From an uncultured Gammaproteobacteria bacterium (lineage in GTDB: Bacteria; Patescibacteriota; Patescibacteriia; UBA9934; CAZDDW01): a stretch of DNA of 64,000 nt. Under the pieces are notes generated by a model. It was not told the DNA's origin and searched no databases. It saw nothing but the letters and a program-made list of their open reading frames with translations. The DNA lies in assembly GCA_965231015.1 (NCBI GenBank), contig OZ246408.1, positions 857,908 through 921,907 on the forward strand. The letters are read 5' to 3'. Positions 47,484 to 56,662 of the stretch are shown in pieces. Numbering within the stretch: the first letter of the stretch is position 1; the number at the start of each line of letters is the position of its first letter. Both the position numbers and the translations under genes were made by a program.

Positions 47484-49877
47484 TTATAGTACGAAGTTAA
47501 TCATGCGACCGGGAACGTAGACCGTCTTTTTGACCTGCTTCCCTTCTAAGTATTTTTGAACGTTAGTGTCAGCCTGGGCGCGTTCAGATGCTTCTTCTTC
47601 AGGCAAATCTGGGGCAACCTCAATAGTGGCACGCAACTTGCCATTGACTTGCACCGGTAAATTCACGAGTTCGTCTTTGGCGAGTTCTTCATCAAACTCT
47701 GGCCAGGGTTGTTCGGTCACCGAATTTGGGTGTCCGGTCTTTTCCCAGAGTTCCTCGGCAATGTGTGGTGCAAATGGGTTTAACAAAACAATCAGGCCAT
47801 CAAAAACTTCAGCTGGTACAGCCTCAGCCTTTTGCATTTCGTTTACGAGAATCATCAACGCCGAGATGGCCGTATTAAACTTGGTTTCTTCAATATCCTT
47901 ACCGACTTTCTTGATAGTCTTGTGCAGCAAGCGGACTAAATCTTTGTTTTCAACTTCGTCTGAAACGTCACTTTGCAAATTCCAAACTTTTTCCAAAAAG
48001 CGTCGCACTCCAACTACTCCGTTAGTGCTCCAAGGAATGGCTTCTGAAAACGGACCCATAAACATTTCATAAACCCGAAGTGTATCAGCGCCATACTGCT
48101 CAACTACTTCATCCGGGTTTACCACATTTCCCCAAGACTTACTCATCTTGCGACCGTCTTCTGCTAATACCAGACCGTGACTTGTTCGTTTGGCATACGG
48201 CTCAGTAGTTGGCACAAGACCTCGATCAAACAAAAACTTGTTCCAAAAACGTGAGTACAACAAGTGTAAAGTTGTGTGCTCCATTCCACCATTATACCAA
48301 TCAACCGGCATCCAGTACTTGAGCTTGTCGCTCGCCGCAAATTGCACGTCGTTCTTTGGATCACAGTAACGCAAGAAGTACCAGCTTGATCCGGCCCAGT
48401 TTGGCATGGTGTCGGTTTCGCGTTCTGCTTCCCCACCGCACTCTGGACACGTTGTCTTCACCCAATCGTCAATTGCGGCCAGCGGCGACTCGCCAGAATC
48501 GGTCGGTTCATACTTTTCAACCTCAGGCAATTCAACTGGCAACTGATCATCCGGCACAGCCACCCAACCACATTTGTCACAATGCACGAGTGGAATCGGC
48601 TCACCCCAGTAGCGCTGGCGGGAGAACACCCAATCACGCAATTTAAAATTTGTTTCAGCCTGACCGAGTTTATTTTTTTCTAACCAATCAATGATTTTCT
48701 TCTTGGCTTCTCCAACATTTTGACCATCTAACATTTCTGAGTGTACCAACTTCCCGTCCCCAATATAAGCTTCCTTTTCGATGTTCCCTCCTGAGATTAC
48801 TTCTCGAATCGGTAAATCAAATTTCTTAGCAAACTCATAATCACGCTCATCATGTGCCGGCACAGCCATAATCGCTCCGGTTCCATACCCCATCATGACA
48901 TAATCCGCCACCCACACCGGAATCTTTTCTCCATTCACCGGATTCACCGCATACGCCCCGGTGAACACTCCGGTCTTTTCTTTAGTATCATCCCCACGAT
49001 CGATCTCGGTCATAGCAGCAGCTTTTTGACGGTACTGTCTCACTTCATCGCGGTGCTCATTTCTCGTAATCTTGTCCAAGAGTCCGTGCTCTGGAGCCAG
49101 CACCATGTAGGTTGCGCCAAATAATGTATCAGGGCGAGTAGTAAAGACTTCGATCTGTTGATTCGAGTCAGCAACTTCAAACTTTACTCGAGCTCCTTCA
49201 TTCCGCCCGATCCAATTTATTTGTTGAGCCTTGATCTTATCCAGGTAATCAAGTCCATCCAAGTCTTCGATCAATCTGTCCGCGTACTTGGTAATCGCGA
49301 TCATCCATTGTTCCTTATCCCGCTTTTCTACTTCGCCGTGACACCGTTCACACTTTCCATCCACTACTTCTTCATTGGCCAGTCCAATCTTACAAGACAG
49401 ACACCAATTAATTGGTTGACCGGCTTTGTAAGCCAGTCCGGCTTTGAAAAACTGAATGAATTGCCACTGCGTCCATTTATAATAATCCGGATCAGTGGTA
49501 TTTACTTCGCGTGACCAATCAAAAGAAATTCCGAGCGACTTCAACTGTCGTCGAAAAGTATCGATATTTTCACGTGTCACTTCTTGAGGCTTGCGACCGG
49601 TTTTGATAGCAAAGTTTTCGGTTGGCAAACCGAAGGCATCCCAACCAATTGGATACAAAACGTTGTATCCCTCCATGCGGCGTTTGCGGGCTACCACATC
49701 AAGTGCTGAATAACTGCGCGGGTGTCCTACATGAAGTCCGGCTCCGGACGGATACGGAAACTCAATCAAACAAAAAAACTTAGGCTTCTTTGAGCCATCC
49801 TCGGCTTGATAAAAATTCTTTTCCTCCCAAAACTTCTGCCACTTGGGCTCAATTTCATGATGATTATATCTGTCCAT
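47484..49877 (-). CDS. leuS: leucyl-tRNA synthetase
   Basis: HVGH (HIGH) and KMSKS motifs; N-terminal IEPKWQKFWEEKNFY. Confidence 0.95.
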   Translation of the reverse strand: MDRYNHHEIEPKWQKFWEEKNFYQAEDGSKKPKFFCLIEFPYPSGAGLHVGHPRSYSALDVVARKRRMEGYNVLYPIGWDAFGLPTENFAIKTGRKPQEVTRENIDTFRRQLKSLGISFDWSREVNTTDPDYYKWTQWQFIQFFKAGLAYKAGQPINWCLSCKIGLANEEVVDGKCERCHGEVEKRDKEQWMIAITKYADRLIEDLDGLDYLDKIKAQQINWIGRNEGARVKFEVADSNQQIEVFTTRPDTLFGATYMVLAPEHGLLDKITRNEHRDEVRQYRQKAAAMTEIDRGDDTKEKTGVFTGAYAVNPVNGEKIPVWVADYVMMGYGTGAIMAVPAHDERDYEFAKKFDLPIREVISGGNIEKEAYIGDGKLVHSEMLDGQNVGEAKKKIIDWLEKNKLGQAETNFKLRDWVFSRQRYWGEPIPLVHCDKCGWVAVPDDQLPVELPEVEKYEPTDSGESPLAAIDDWVKTTCPECGGEAERETDTMPNWAGSSWYFLRYCDPKNDVQFAASDKLKYWMPVDWYNGGMEHTTLHLLYSRFWNKFLFDRGLVPTTEPYAKRTSHGLVLAEDGRKMSKSWGNVVNPDEVVEQYGADTLRVYEMFMGPFSEAIPWSTNGVVGVRRFLEKVWNLQSDVSDEVENKDLVRLLHKTIKKVGKDIEETKFNTAISALMILVNEMQKAEAVPAEVFDGLIVLLNPFAPHIAEELWEKTGHPNSVTEQPWPEFDEELAKDELVNLPVQVNGKLRATIEVAPDLPEEEASERAQADTNVQKYLEGKQVKKTVYVPGRMINFVL

Positions 49878-50050
49878 ACCCTGTAGTACAACTTCGGACT
49901 TGAGTCGTCAGTTATTTCCAGTTAACGTTGCAAAGTAAACAACCTAAATTGGTTTTCAGCAATCGTGGATTAAATCTACCCGGATACTCAACATCCGAAG
50001 TTGTCCTACCGGGCATACGCTTCCGATCGTATCATAAATAAGCCTAAAAT

Positions 50051-50085
50051 TAAAGAGTGGACCGAACCGGACCACTCGCTTTTTC
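50051..50085 (-). terminator. rho-independent terminator downstream of rhodanese-like gene / upstream of leuS leader
   Basis: GAGUGGUCCGGUUCGGUCCACUC hairpin followed by UUUAAUUUUAGG on minus strand. Confidence 0.5.
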
Positions 50086-50090
50086 TTTGC

Positions 50091-50432
50091 CTAACTACCT
50101 CCGCCGAACTCTAGCGGAAAACCGTTATCCAACCAGGCTCTAAATCCATCTTTTAATAATTTTACGTTAGTGTATCCAAGTTTGAGAAGCTCTTCGTATG
50201 GTTGGCCGTATTTTTCCGACTCTTCCATTTCAACATGAATCACCATGTTGGTATCTTTGTCCGGATAGATTTCAGTTAAATTTTTTACAAAATCATTCTC
50301 AAACGGGACGTTAACTGCGCCCGGGATATGGTTATGCTCAAAATCGTGCGCATCACGCGCATCAACCACCTCGATCTCATGTTTATCAACGAGCTCTTTG
50401 AGCTCCGGAGCAGTTATGTAGTTTTGTGACAT
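50091..50432 (-). CDS. rhodanese-like domain protein lacking the catalytic cysteine
   Basis: DARDAHDFEHNHIPGAVNVP and C-terminal GYTNVKLLKDGFRAW; active-site loop MVIHVEMEESEKYG has no Cys. Confidence 0.65.
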   Translation of the reverse strand: MSQNYITAPELKELVDKHEIEVVDARDAHDFEHNHIPGAVNVPFENDFVKNLTEIYPDKDTNMVIHVEMEESEKYGQPYEELLKLGYTNVKLLKDGFRAWLDNGFPLEFGGGS

Positions 50433-50459
50433 AGGCCTTATTGATTATTGTCACTGATA

Positions 50460-51695
50460 CTATATCACGTTTTTCTCTTTCATTGCAGACTCGATTCGCT
50501 CCATGGCTACAATAAATGCTGCGCGTCGCATGTCAATCTTGAGTTCCTCGGCCTTATTCCAAACCGCGTTGAATGCTTCCTGCATGATCGGTTTAAGCTT
50601 GGCAAAAACCTCCTCTTCACTCCAATGTTCCCCTTTCAAGTTCTGATCCCACTCAAAGTAACTCACGGTCACACCGCCAGCGTTAGCCAGAATGTCTGGA
50701 GCAACATGAATTCCTTTTTGGAATAAAACCTCATCGGCTTCTGGAGTAGTTGGCCCGTTAGCGAGCTCGACGAGAACTTTAGCTTTAACTCGATCTGCAT
50801 TCTCGGCAGTGATCACGTTTTCCAAAGCAGCAGGCACCAAGACGTCACATTCTGTTTCGAACACTTGCATCGGATCACTAATTGTTTCCCCGCCAGCAAA
50901 TTCACTGACCGGGTTTCGAGCTGTCTTGTGTTCAACAAGCGCTGGAATATCAAGCCCATCAAAATTTGTAACGCCACCTCGGGAATCAGCTACAGCCACA
51001 ACTTTGAATCCAGCTGCGTGCATTAAGCTGGCCATGTGCATTCCCGCGTTCCCAAAACCATGAATCGCCACAGTTGCACCGTCAGTAATCCCAACCTTGG
51101 CTTTTAACTCTTCAAACACGTAGAATCCGCCTTGTGCGGTTGCAGTTCCCCGGCCCTCGCTTCCACCATTTTCAATCGGCTTACCTGTAATCACAGCTCC
51201 ACTAGTGTCGCCGGTAATCTTGCTGTACTCGTCAGCCATCCAGGCCATAATCTGCGGGGTGGTGTAAACGTCTGGGGCAGGAATATCTTTGTCCGGTCCA
51301 ATCACTGGCACCATTCCGCGGATCCAACCACGAGACAATTTTTCAAGCTCAGTTTCCGAAAGCTCTTTCGGGTTCACCGTGATACCGCCCTTTCCGCCAC
51401 CAAGCGGGATGTTTACTACCGCACACTTTAAAGCCATCCAAAAAGACAAAGCTTTTACTTCATTGATGTCAGTATCCTGATGATAGCGAATTCCACCCTT
51501 GTACGGACCTCGAGCTGAATTGAATTGAACTCGATACCCCTCATAAATTTCTAGACTCCCATCGTTACGACGAAGCGGAATGTTAATTCTAACTTCTCGT
51601 TCTGGTGATGCTAACGCTTTTAGAAAATCATCTGAAAAGTCAGCGGCTTTTGCAGCTCGAGACAACTGCTCGAGTGCATTGGTAAATGGATTCAT
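50460..51695 (-). CDS. gdhA: Glu/Leu/Phe/Val dehydrogenase family (glutamate dehydrogenase)
   Basis: PLGGGKGGI glycine-rich catalytic motif; Rossmann GFGNAG. Confidence 0.9.
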   Translation of the reverse strand: MNPFTNALEQLSRAAKAADFSDDFLKALASPEREVRINIPLRRNDGSLEIYEGYRVQFNSARGPYKGGIRYHQDTDINEVKALSFWMALKCAVVNIPLGGGKGGITVNPKELSETELEKLSRGWIRGMVPVIGPDKDIPAPDVYTTPQIMAWMADEYSKITGDTSGAVITGKPIENGGSEGRGTATAQGGFYVFEELKAKVGITDGATVAIHGFGNAGMHMASLMHAAGFKVVAVADSRGGVTNFDGLDIPALVEHKTARNPVSEFAGGETISDPMQVFETECDVLVPAALENVITAENADRVKAKVLVELANGPTTPEADEVLFQKGIHVAPDILANAGGVTVSYFEWDQNLKGEHWSEEEVFAKLKPIMQEAFNAVWNKAEELKIDMRRAAFIVAMERIESAMKEKNVI

Positions 51696-51696
51696 A

Positions 51697-52620
51697 TTAT
51701 TCTATTTCTTCTAAGTATCGTTTAGCATCAAGCGCGGCGGCGCAACCATCTCCGGCGGCCCACACAGCTTGACGATATACCCAGTCACGAACATCCCCGG
51801 CTGCGAACACACCCGGAATATCTGTGGCGGTAGTGTCAGGCTTGGTTTTAATATATCCTTTTTGTAATTCAAGTTGGTCAGAAAAAATTTCTGTACTCGG
51901 CTTGCGGCCAATGGCCACAAATAATCCTTGTACATCCAGTTCTGTCTCTTCATTGGACTGATTATTGATTATCTTCAGCTTGGTGATTCCTTTTTCATCT
52001 CCCAAAATTTCTTTCACTTCAGTGTTGTACATGAATTCAATTTTTTGATCATCTTCCGCTCGCTTTTGCATAATCTCTGAGGCTTTTAACTCATCTCCCC
52101 GAACTAAAACTGTTACCTTAGACGCAAAACGAGTCAGAAACGTGGCTTCTTCCATAGCAGAATCTCCTCCGCCTACCACAGCAATTTCTTTATCCTTGAA
52201 AAAGAACCCATCACAGGTGGCACAAGCCGATACTCCTCGTCCGCGATATTCGTTTTCACCCGACACACTAAGCCAGCGAGCTTCAGCCCCGGTAGCAATA
52301 ATCACACTTTTGCCTTGATATTCAGCTTCGGCAGTCTTAACTAGCTTAGGATCTCCTTTAAGATCAACTGACTCAACCGTTTCGGCCACCACCTTGGTTC
52401 CAAAACGCTCTGCCTGCTTTTTAAAATTCTCCATTAATTCCGGACCCATAATCCCTTCCGGAAACCCTGGATAGTTTTCTACTTCCGTGGTGGTCATGAG
52501 TTGTCCGCCGATCTGCCCACCCCCGAACAACAAAACTCGAAGATCAGCCCGCGAAGCATAAATCGCGGCCGTGTAGCCGGCTGGACCGGAACCAATAATA
52601 ATAATGTCGTATAGCTCCAT
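51697..52620 (-). CDS. trxB: thioredoxin-disulfide reductase
   Basis: IIIGSGPAGYTAA FAD site; CATC redox motif. Confidence 0.9.
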   Translation of the reverse strand: MELYDIIIIGSGPAGYTAAIYASRADLRVLLFGGGQIGGQLMTTTEVENYPGFPEGIMGPELMENFKKQAERFGTKVVAETVESVDLKGDPKLVKTAEAEYQGKSVIIATGAEARWLSVSGENEYRGRGVSACATCDGFFFKDKEIAVVGGGDSAMEEATFLTRFASKVTVLVRGDELKASEIMQKRAEDDQKIEFMYNTEVKEILGDEKGITKLKIINNQSNEETELDVQGLFVAIGRKPSTEIFSDQLELQKGYIKTKPDTTATDIPGVFAAGDVRDWVYRQAVWAAGDGCAAALDAKRYLEEIE

Positions 52621-52647
52621 ATGTCCAAAATAAATTTTTAGAGCACC

Positions 52648-52959
52648 CTAGAGGTGCTTAGAGATTTTCTCTTCAAGAACATCTTTTCCCATTGCTCCAG
52701 CAAACTGATCAACTACCTGGCCGCCTTTAAAAATCATAAAAGTTGGAATTGAAAGAATATTGTGCTCCTGAGCCAGAGCCTGATTCTCATCTACATTCAC
52801 CTTCACCACTTTAGCCTTGCCTTCCATATCTTTACTAAGCTCCTCCACAATCGGAGCCATCATTTTACATGGACCACACCAGGGAGCCCAAAAATCTACG
52901 AGCACTGGCATATCAGCACTCATTACCTCGTCTTGAAAGTTGTCTTGAGTAACTTCCAT
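52648..52959 (-). CDS. trxA: thioredoxin
   Basis: WAPWCGPCK. Confidence 0.95.
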   Translation of the reverse strand: MEVTQDNFQDEVMSADMPVLVDFWAPWCGPCKMMAPIVEELSKDMEGKAKVVKVNVDENQALAQEHNILSIPTFMIFKGGQVVDQFAGAMGKDVLEEKISKHL

Positions 52960-52978
52960 AAAAATTCATTTAATTTTT

Positions 52979-55009
52979 TTATCGTTTAGAAACGCCTTCA
53001 ATTTTCAACTGACGCTGTTTTTGTTCTTCAGTATAAATCTCTAAAATATCACCCACATCAGCCTTTACCTTTCCTTTGTATTGAATACCACACTCCTGTC
53101 CTTTCAAAACCTCTGAGGTATCCTGTTTATTAGCTTGCAATTTAAGCATCTCTGCTTCACCAATAATATCCTCTCCGCGCATTATGCGCAACTTTGAGTC
53201 TTTTACTGCTGTTCCCTCGATAACCTTACCCCCGATAATAAAGCCATTGTCCAACTTCTTAAAGTTGGCCAGGACTTCAGCCTTACCATGTTCCTTCACA
53301 ATCGTTTCCATTGGCATGATCTTTTCTATGCGTTCAATCACGTCTTCAAAAAGTTTATAAATCACAGAAACTTCCTTGATCTCCACTTCTTTATCTCGAG
53401 CCAATTCCGCGGCTGTTGCTGAAGGGGTGACATTGAAAGCATAAATCACTGCATCACTGGCTTCTGCATTCATAACCTCAACATCAGTAACTGAACCAAG
53501 ACCCTTGTTAATCACATTAACCTCCACATCCGGATTCTTTTGAACTTTTTCCAGCATGCCAAGCACTGCTTCAAGTGAACCTAACACATCAGCTTTGATA
53601 ATGATATTTAGTTCCGGTTTTTTGTCTTCCTCATCTTCTGTTGCAACGTGTTGAGTTTTAGCCGCCCCTAATTCTTCAAACACGGCCGTCTTGGCTGTCT
53701 TTAACCGGTCTTTCTTCAAATCCTTAATATTATCTGGAACCTCCACAATATCACCCACGGTCGGAGCAGCCTTAAACCCTAAAATACGAATTGGGGTTGA
53801 CGGCGGAGCCTCTTTTACGTCTCGACCTAGATAATTTTTCATCGACTTCACTCGTCCATACAAAACACCATGTAAACCAAGTGTATCTCCTACTTTTAAT
53901 GTCCCGGTCTGAATCAAAACCGTGGCCACAGGTCCGGCTCCGGCATCAATCTGCGAATCAATCACAGTACCAATTGCCGGACGATCCGGATTAGCCACAA
54001 TTTTGTCTTTTTCCAAGTCAGCCACCAAAAGCAACATATCAAGCACCTCATCAATTCCTTGCATTTGTTTGGCAGAAATCGGTACCATGATGGTTTTGCC
54101 ACCCCAATCTTCCGGGGTAAGACCGTATTCAGCCAGTTGCCCCTTAACCATATCAATATTATTTGGAGCTTTATCAATTTTATTAAGAGCAACAATAAAC
54201 GGCATCCCTGAAGCCTTAATAATATCGATTGCCTCCTTAGTCTGGGGCTGAACCCCATCGTCAACCGCCACAACGAGAATGGCAATATCTGCCACCTTGG
54301 CACCTCGTGAACGCATGACCGTAAAAGCTTCGTGTCCCGGGGTATCAATAAAAGTAAGAGGGTGATTTTTGCGCTCCACCTGGTACGCTCCAATATGCTG
54401 AGTGATTCCACCAGCCTCTTCATCAACTACGTTAGTAGAACGGATAGCGTCCAAAAGTTTAGTTTTTCCATGATCAACGTGCCCCATTACCACTACAACC
54501 GGTGGGCGCGGCTTAACAGTCTCTTCAGCTGACATTATTTCTTCAGCTCTTTCTTGGGCCTCTACCTGTTCTTCGGTCTCTTGACTCTCACCTGCCGATA
54601 CAGCCTCAAATCCAAGATCACCAGCAAGAATAGAAGCGGTTTCAAAATCGATCTTATCATTCAACGAAAGCAACATTCCGGCCTTCATGATTTCCTGCAT
54701 GACGCGAGCGACCGGCAAATTCAAATAACCGGCCAATTCCCGAACAGTGGTTGAAGAAGGTAATTCCACTTGTGGCACATCCTTGGGTGATTCTTCCACG
54801 TCAGTTTCTACTTGGGTTTTTTGTAAATCTCTTTTAGCCTTTAATCTTTCTCGCTTCCGATATTCTGCCCAGGCCTCAATAATCTGATGAGCAATTCGGT
54901 CATCAACTTTAATGGCCCGACGACCAATACTAAAACCAAGCTCCGGTAATTTATCCCGTAGCTCTTCAGGGTTTACGTTCAGTTTTCTGGCTAGTTCAGT
55001 TACGTTCAT
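52979..55009 (-). CDS. infB: translation initiation factor IF-2 (short N-terminal region)
   Basis: [20 protein letters not shown]1 motif; 676 aa. Confidence 0.95.
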   Translation of the reverse strand: MNVTELARKLNVNPEELRDKLPELGFSIGRRAIKVDDRIAHQIIEAWAEYRKRERLKAKRDLQKTQVETDVEESPKDVPQVELPSSTTVRELAGYLNLPVARVMQEIMKAGMLLSLNDKIDFETASILAGDLGFEAVSAGESQETEEQVEAQERAEEIMSAEETVKPRPPVVVVMGHVDHGKTKLLDAIRSTNVVDEEAGGITQHIGAYQVERKNHPLTFIDTPGHEAFTVMRSRGAKVADIAILVVAVDDGVQPQTKEAIDIIKASGMPFIVALNKIDKAPNNIDMVKGQLAEYGLTPEDWGGKTIMVPISAKQMQGIDEVLDMLLLVADLEKDKIVANPDRPAIGTVIDSQIDAGAGPVATVLIQTGTLKVGDTLGLHGVLYGRVKSMKNYLGRDVKEAPPSTPIRILGFKAAPTVGDIVEVPDNIKDLKKDRLKTAKTAVFEELGAAKTQHVATEDEEDKKPELNIIIKADVLGSLEAVLGMLEKVQKNPDVEVNVINKGLGSVTDVEVMNAEASDAVIYAFNVTPSATAAELARDKEVEIKEVSVIYKLFEDVIERIEKIMPMETIVKEHGKAEVLANFKKLDNGFIIGGKVIEGTAVKDSKLRIMRGEDIIGEAEMLKLQANKQDTSEVLKGQECGIQYKGKVKADVGDILEIYTEEQKQRQLKIEGVSKR

Positions 55010-55049
55010 AAGTGCGGCTAGTGTACAAAAAATGAGCTAAAAAGTCAAT

Positions 55050-55340
55050 TATAAAGGGGCGGTTAAGTTGGAATCGGACCAAGCTTAACCGCCCCGGCGC
55101 GTGTGGCTGACGCAAGACAACTGCATCAACCGGGCAACGAACCGTCGAAGTGGGAGGAATCGCGGCTCGTAAAGAACTTGGGAAGGTGCGGCAGGGAGCG
55201 GGGTATCCCTGCCGCACCCGGGTGAGTCCGGTGAGGGAGCCGGACGTAGGAGCCTGGAATGGTCGGGGCAACCGGAGAGCACGCCAAGCGCCCGTGTATC
55301 GCTCTCCGGCGCCCCTGCACCATGTCGCTAAATTAACGCT
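55050..55340 (-). ncRNA. structured ncRNA candidate (~285 nt, ~62% GC) in infB/truB divergent intergenic region; class unresolved
   Basis: Consensus -35 TTGACA on minus strand (rc of 55359-55364) preceded by AT-rich heptamer repeats. 16-bp hairpin (55055-55094) followed on minus strand by UUUAUAAUU = intrinsic terminator. Perfect 13-bp hairpin GGUGCGGCAGGGA/UCCCUGCCGCACC (55185-55218); 9-bp CCGGAGAGC/GCUCUCCGG helix; no coding potential. Confidence 0.35.
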
Positions 55341-55365
55341 AACACCCACCTATAATTATGTCAAG

Positions 55366-55405
55366 ATACTTTATACTTTATACTTTATACTTAATACTTT
55401 ATACT
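55366..55405. repeat. tandem heptamer repeat (ATACTTT)x5.5 immediately upstream of truB ATG
   Basis: atacttt atacttt atacttt atactta atacttt atact. Confidence 0.6.
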
Positions 55406-55413
55406 GCTCACAT

Positions 55414-56109
55414 ATGCAAGGCTTTATTTTAATTGACAAACCAACTGACTGGACCAGCCACGATGTTGTGAATCGAGTTCGAAAGCTGACCGGCGAACGC
55501 AAAGTCGGCCACGCCGGCACCCTGGATCCGTTTGCGACCGGGTTGCTGATTATTGGGGTTGGAAAAAAATACACTAAACAACTAGGTGAACTGATTGGGC
55601 TCAACAAAGAATACGAGGCAACGTTTGTTCTTGGTGCCACGAGCGCTACCGATGACCCGGAAGGACCAATCACTGAACGACGTGCGACGTGCGACGTGCG
55701 ACGTGCCCAAATCGAGGAGGCCATGAAAAAATACATGGGCGAAATCGACCAAGTTCCTCCGCGTTTTGCTGCCATTAAAAAAGACGGCAAGAAGTTATAC
55801 GAAAAAGCTCGAGCTGGAGAAGAATTTGAACCTGAATCTCGCAAGGTCAGAGTCGATGAATATGAGCTTCTCAAAACATCAGACGATAATCACAAATTAA
55901 AAGTCCGGATCAAATGTGGATCCGGGACCTATATTCGAGCTTTAGCGCGAGACTTAGGAAACGATCTTGGAGTCGGCGGTTATGTAAGTGAGCTTAGACG
56001 AACTAGGGTGGGAGACTTTGATGTTTCCGATTCAACACCCCTTGAGGAACTCGCCCCTAACAACATCGAGTCAAAAATTTTTCAAAAAGAAGAAGCGGGA
56101 TCCCGGTAG
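55414..56109 (+). CDS. truB: tRNA pseudouridine(55) synthase TruB, containing an in-frame (GACGTGC)x4 repeat
   Basis: MQGFILIDKPTDWTSHDVVNRVRKL...GHAGTLDP catalytic Asp motif; repeat encodes ERRATCDVRRAQ. Confidence 0.9.
   Translation: MQGFILIDKPTDWTSHDVVNRVRKLTGERKVGHAGTLDPFATGLLIIGVGKKYTKQLGELIGLNKEYEATFVLGATSATDDPEGPITERRATCDVRRAQIEEAMKKYMGEIDQVPPRFAAIKKDGKKLYEKARAGEEFEPESRKVRVDEYELLKTSDDNHKLKVRIKCGSGTYIRALARDLGNDLGVGGYVSELRRTRVGDFDVSDSTPLEELAPNNIESKIFQKEEAGSR
55679..55706 (+). repeat. (GACGTGC)x4 heptamer repeat inside truB coding sequence
   Basis: same heptamer family as rplB/rplC upstream modules, in transcript sense. Confidence 0.6.
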
Positions 56110-56128
56110 GATTCCGCTTCGGAAGAAA

Positions 56129-56232
56129 TGGTGAGGCCAGATGGAATCGAACCATCGACCGCTGGGGCTCCTCTGGACCATCTAGAACTTGACGACCCAT
56201 ACCCAGTGCTCTACCAGCTGAGCTATAGCCTC
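56129..56232 (-). tRNA. tRNA gene (104 nt, CCA-encoded) with ~28-nt insertion/intron-like segment in the anticodon-loop region; isotype undetermined
   Basis: acceptor GAGGCUA/UGGCCUC, U8A9, D-arm GCUC-AGCUGGUA-GAGC, anticodon stem CUGGG/CCCAG separated by 35 nt instead of 7, variable CGGUC, T-arm GAUGG-UUCGAUU-CCAUC, discriminator A + CCA. Confidence 0.55.
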
Positions 56233-56251
56233 ACTTAAAAGTACTTTTTGT

Positions 56252-56322
56252 GTTGCGGTCAAGTCATGCCGGCCAGATGTGCCAGGGGGAGGTCACATGT
56301 GACCCAAGGACCTGACCGCAAC
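56252..56322. promoter_or_regulatory. nested palindromic structure (10-bp outer stem GTTGCGGTCA/TGACCGCAAC enclosing perfect 14-nt palindrome GGTCACATGTGACC) just upstream of the tRNA
   Basis: inverted repeats read directly. Confidence 0.3.
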
Positions 56323-56662
56323 GAAACAATTTATACCAAACTCTCAAAAAACTGTCAAGCCCAGCTAAAATAGGCCTGTTTTTGGTTCCCTTGCCAAAAA
56401 GAAAAAAGCGTGCTAGTGTGCTTTTGTAATTAATGATTATATTATTGAAGGTCGGTTGATTTTTGAGGATACGAAAAATCCCTGAAACGGACGTGTACGA
56501 ACGAAACATTATGACGTTTAACTTCAACTTTTTGAAACTTTCGTCGAGCCTGACTCGACTAAAGCGACAATTGAACGCCTTAAACTAAGGGACAGCGAGT
56601 CCTAATTTTTCGTACCTAGATATCCCGTCGAGGGACAATCCGACCTCCAAGCTAAAAACTCT

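Noticed and set aside
49878-50055. T-box riboswitch call for the leuS leader
   Set aside because: The conserved T-box sequence (AAUUAGGGUGGNACCGCG) and specifier/antiterminator architecture could not be recognised; only generic long-range complementarity seen
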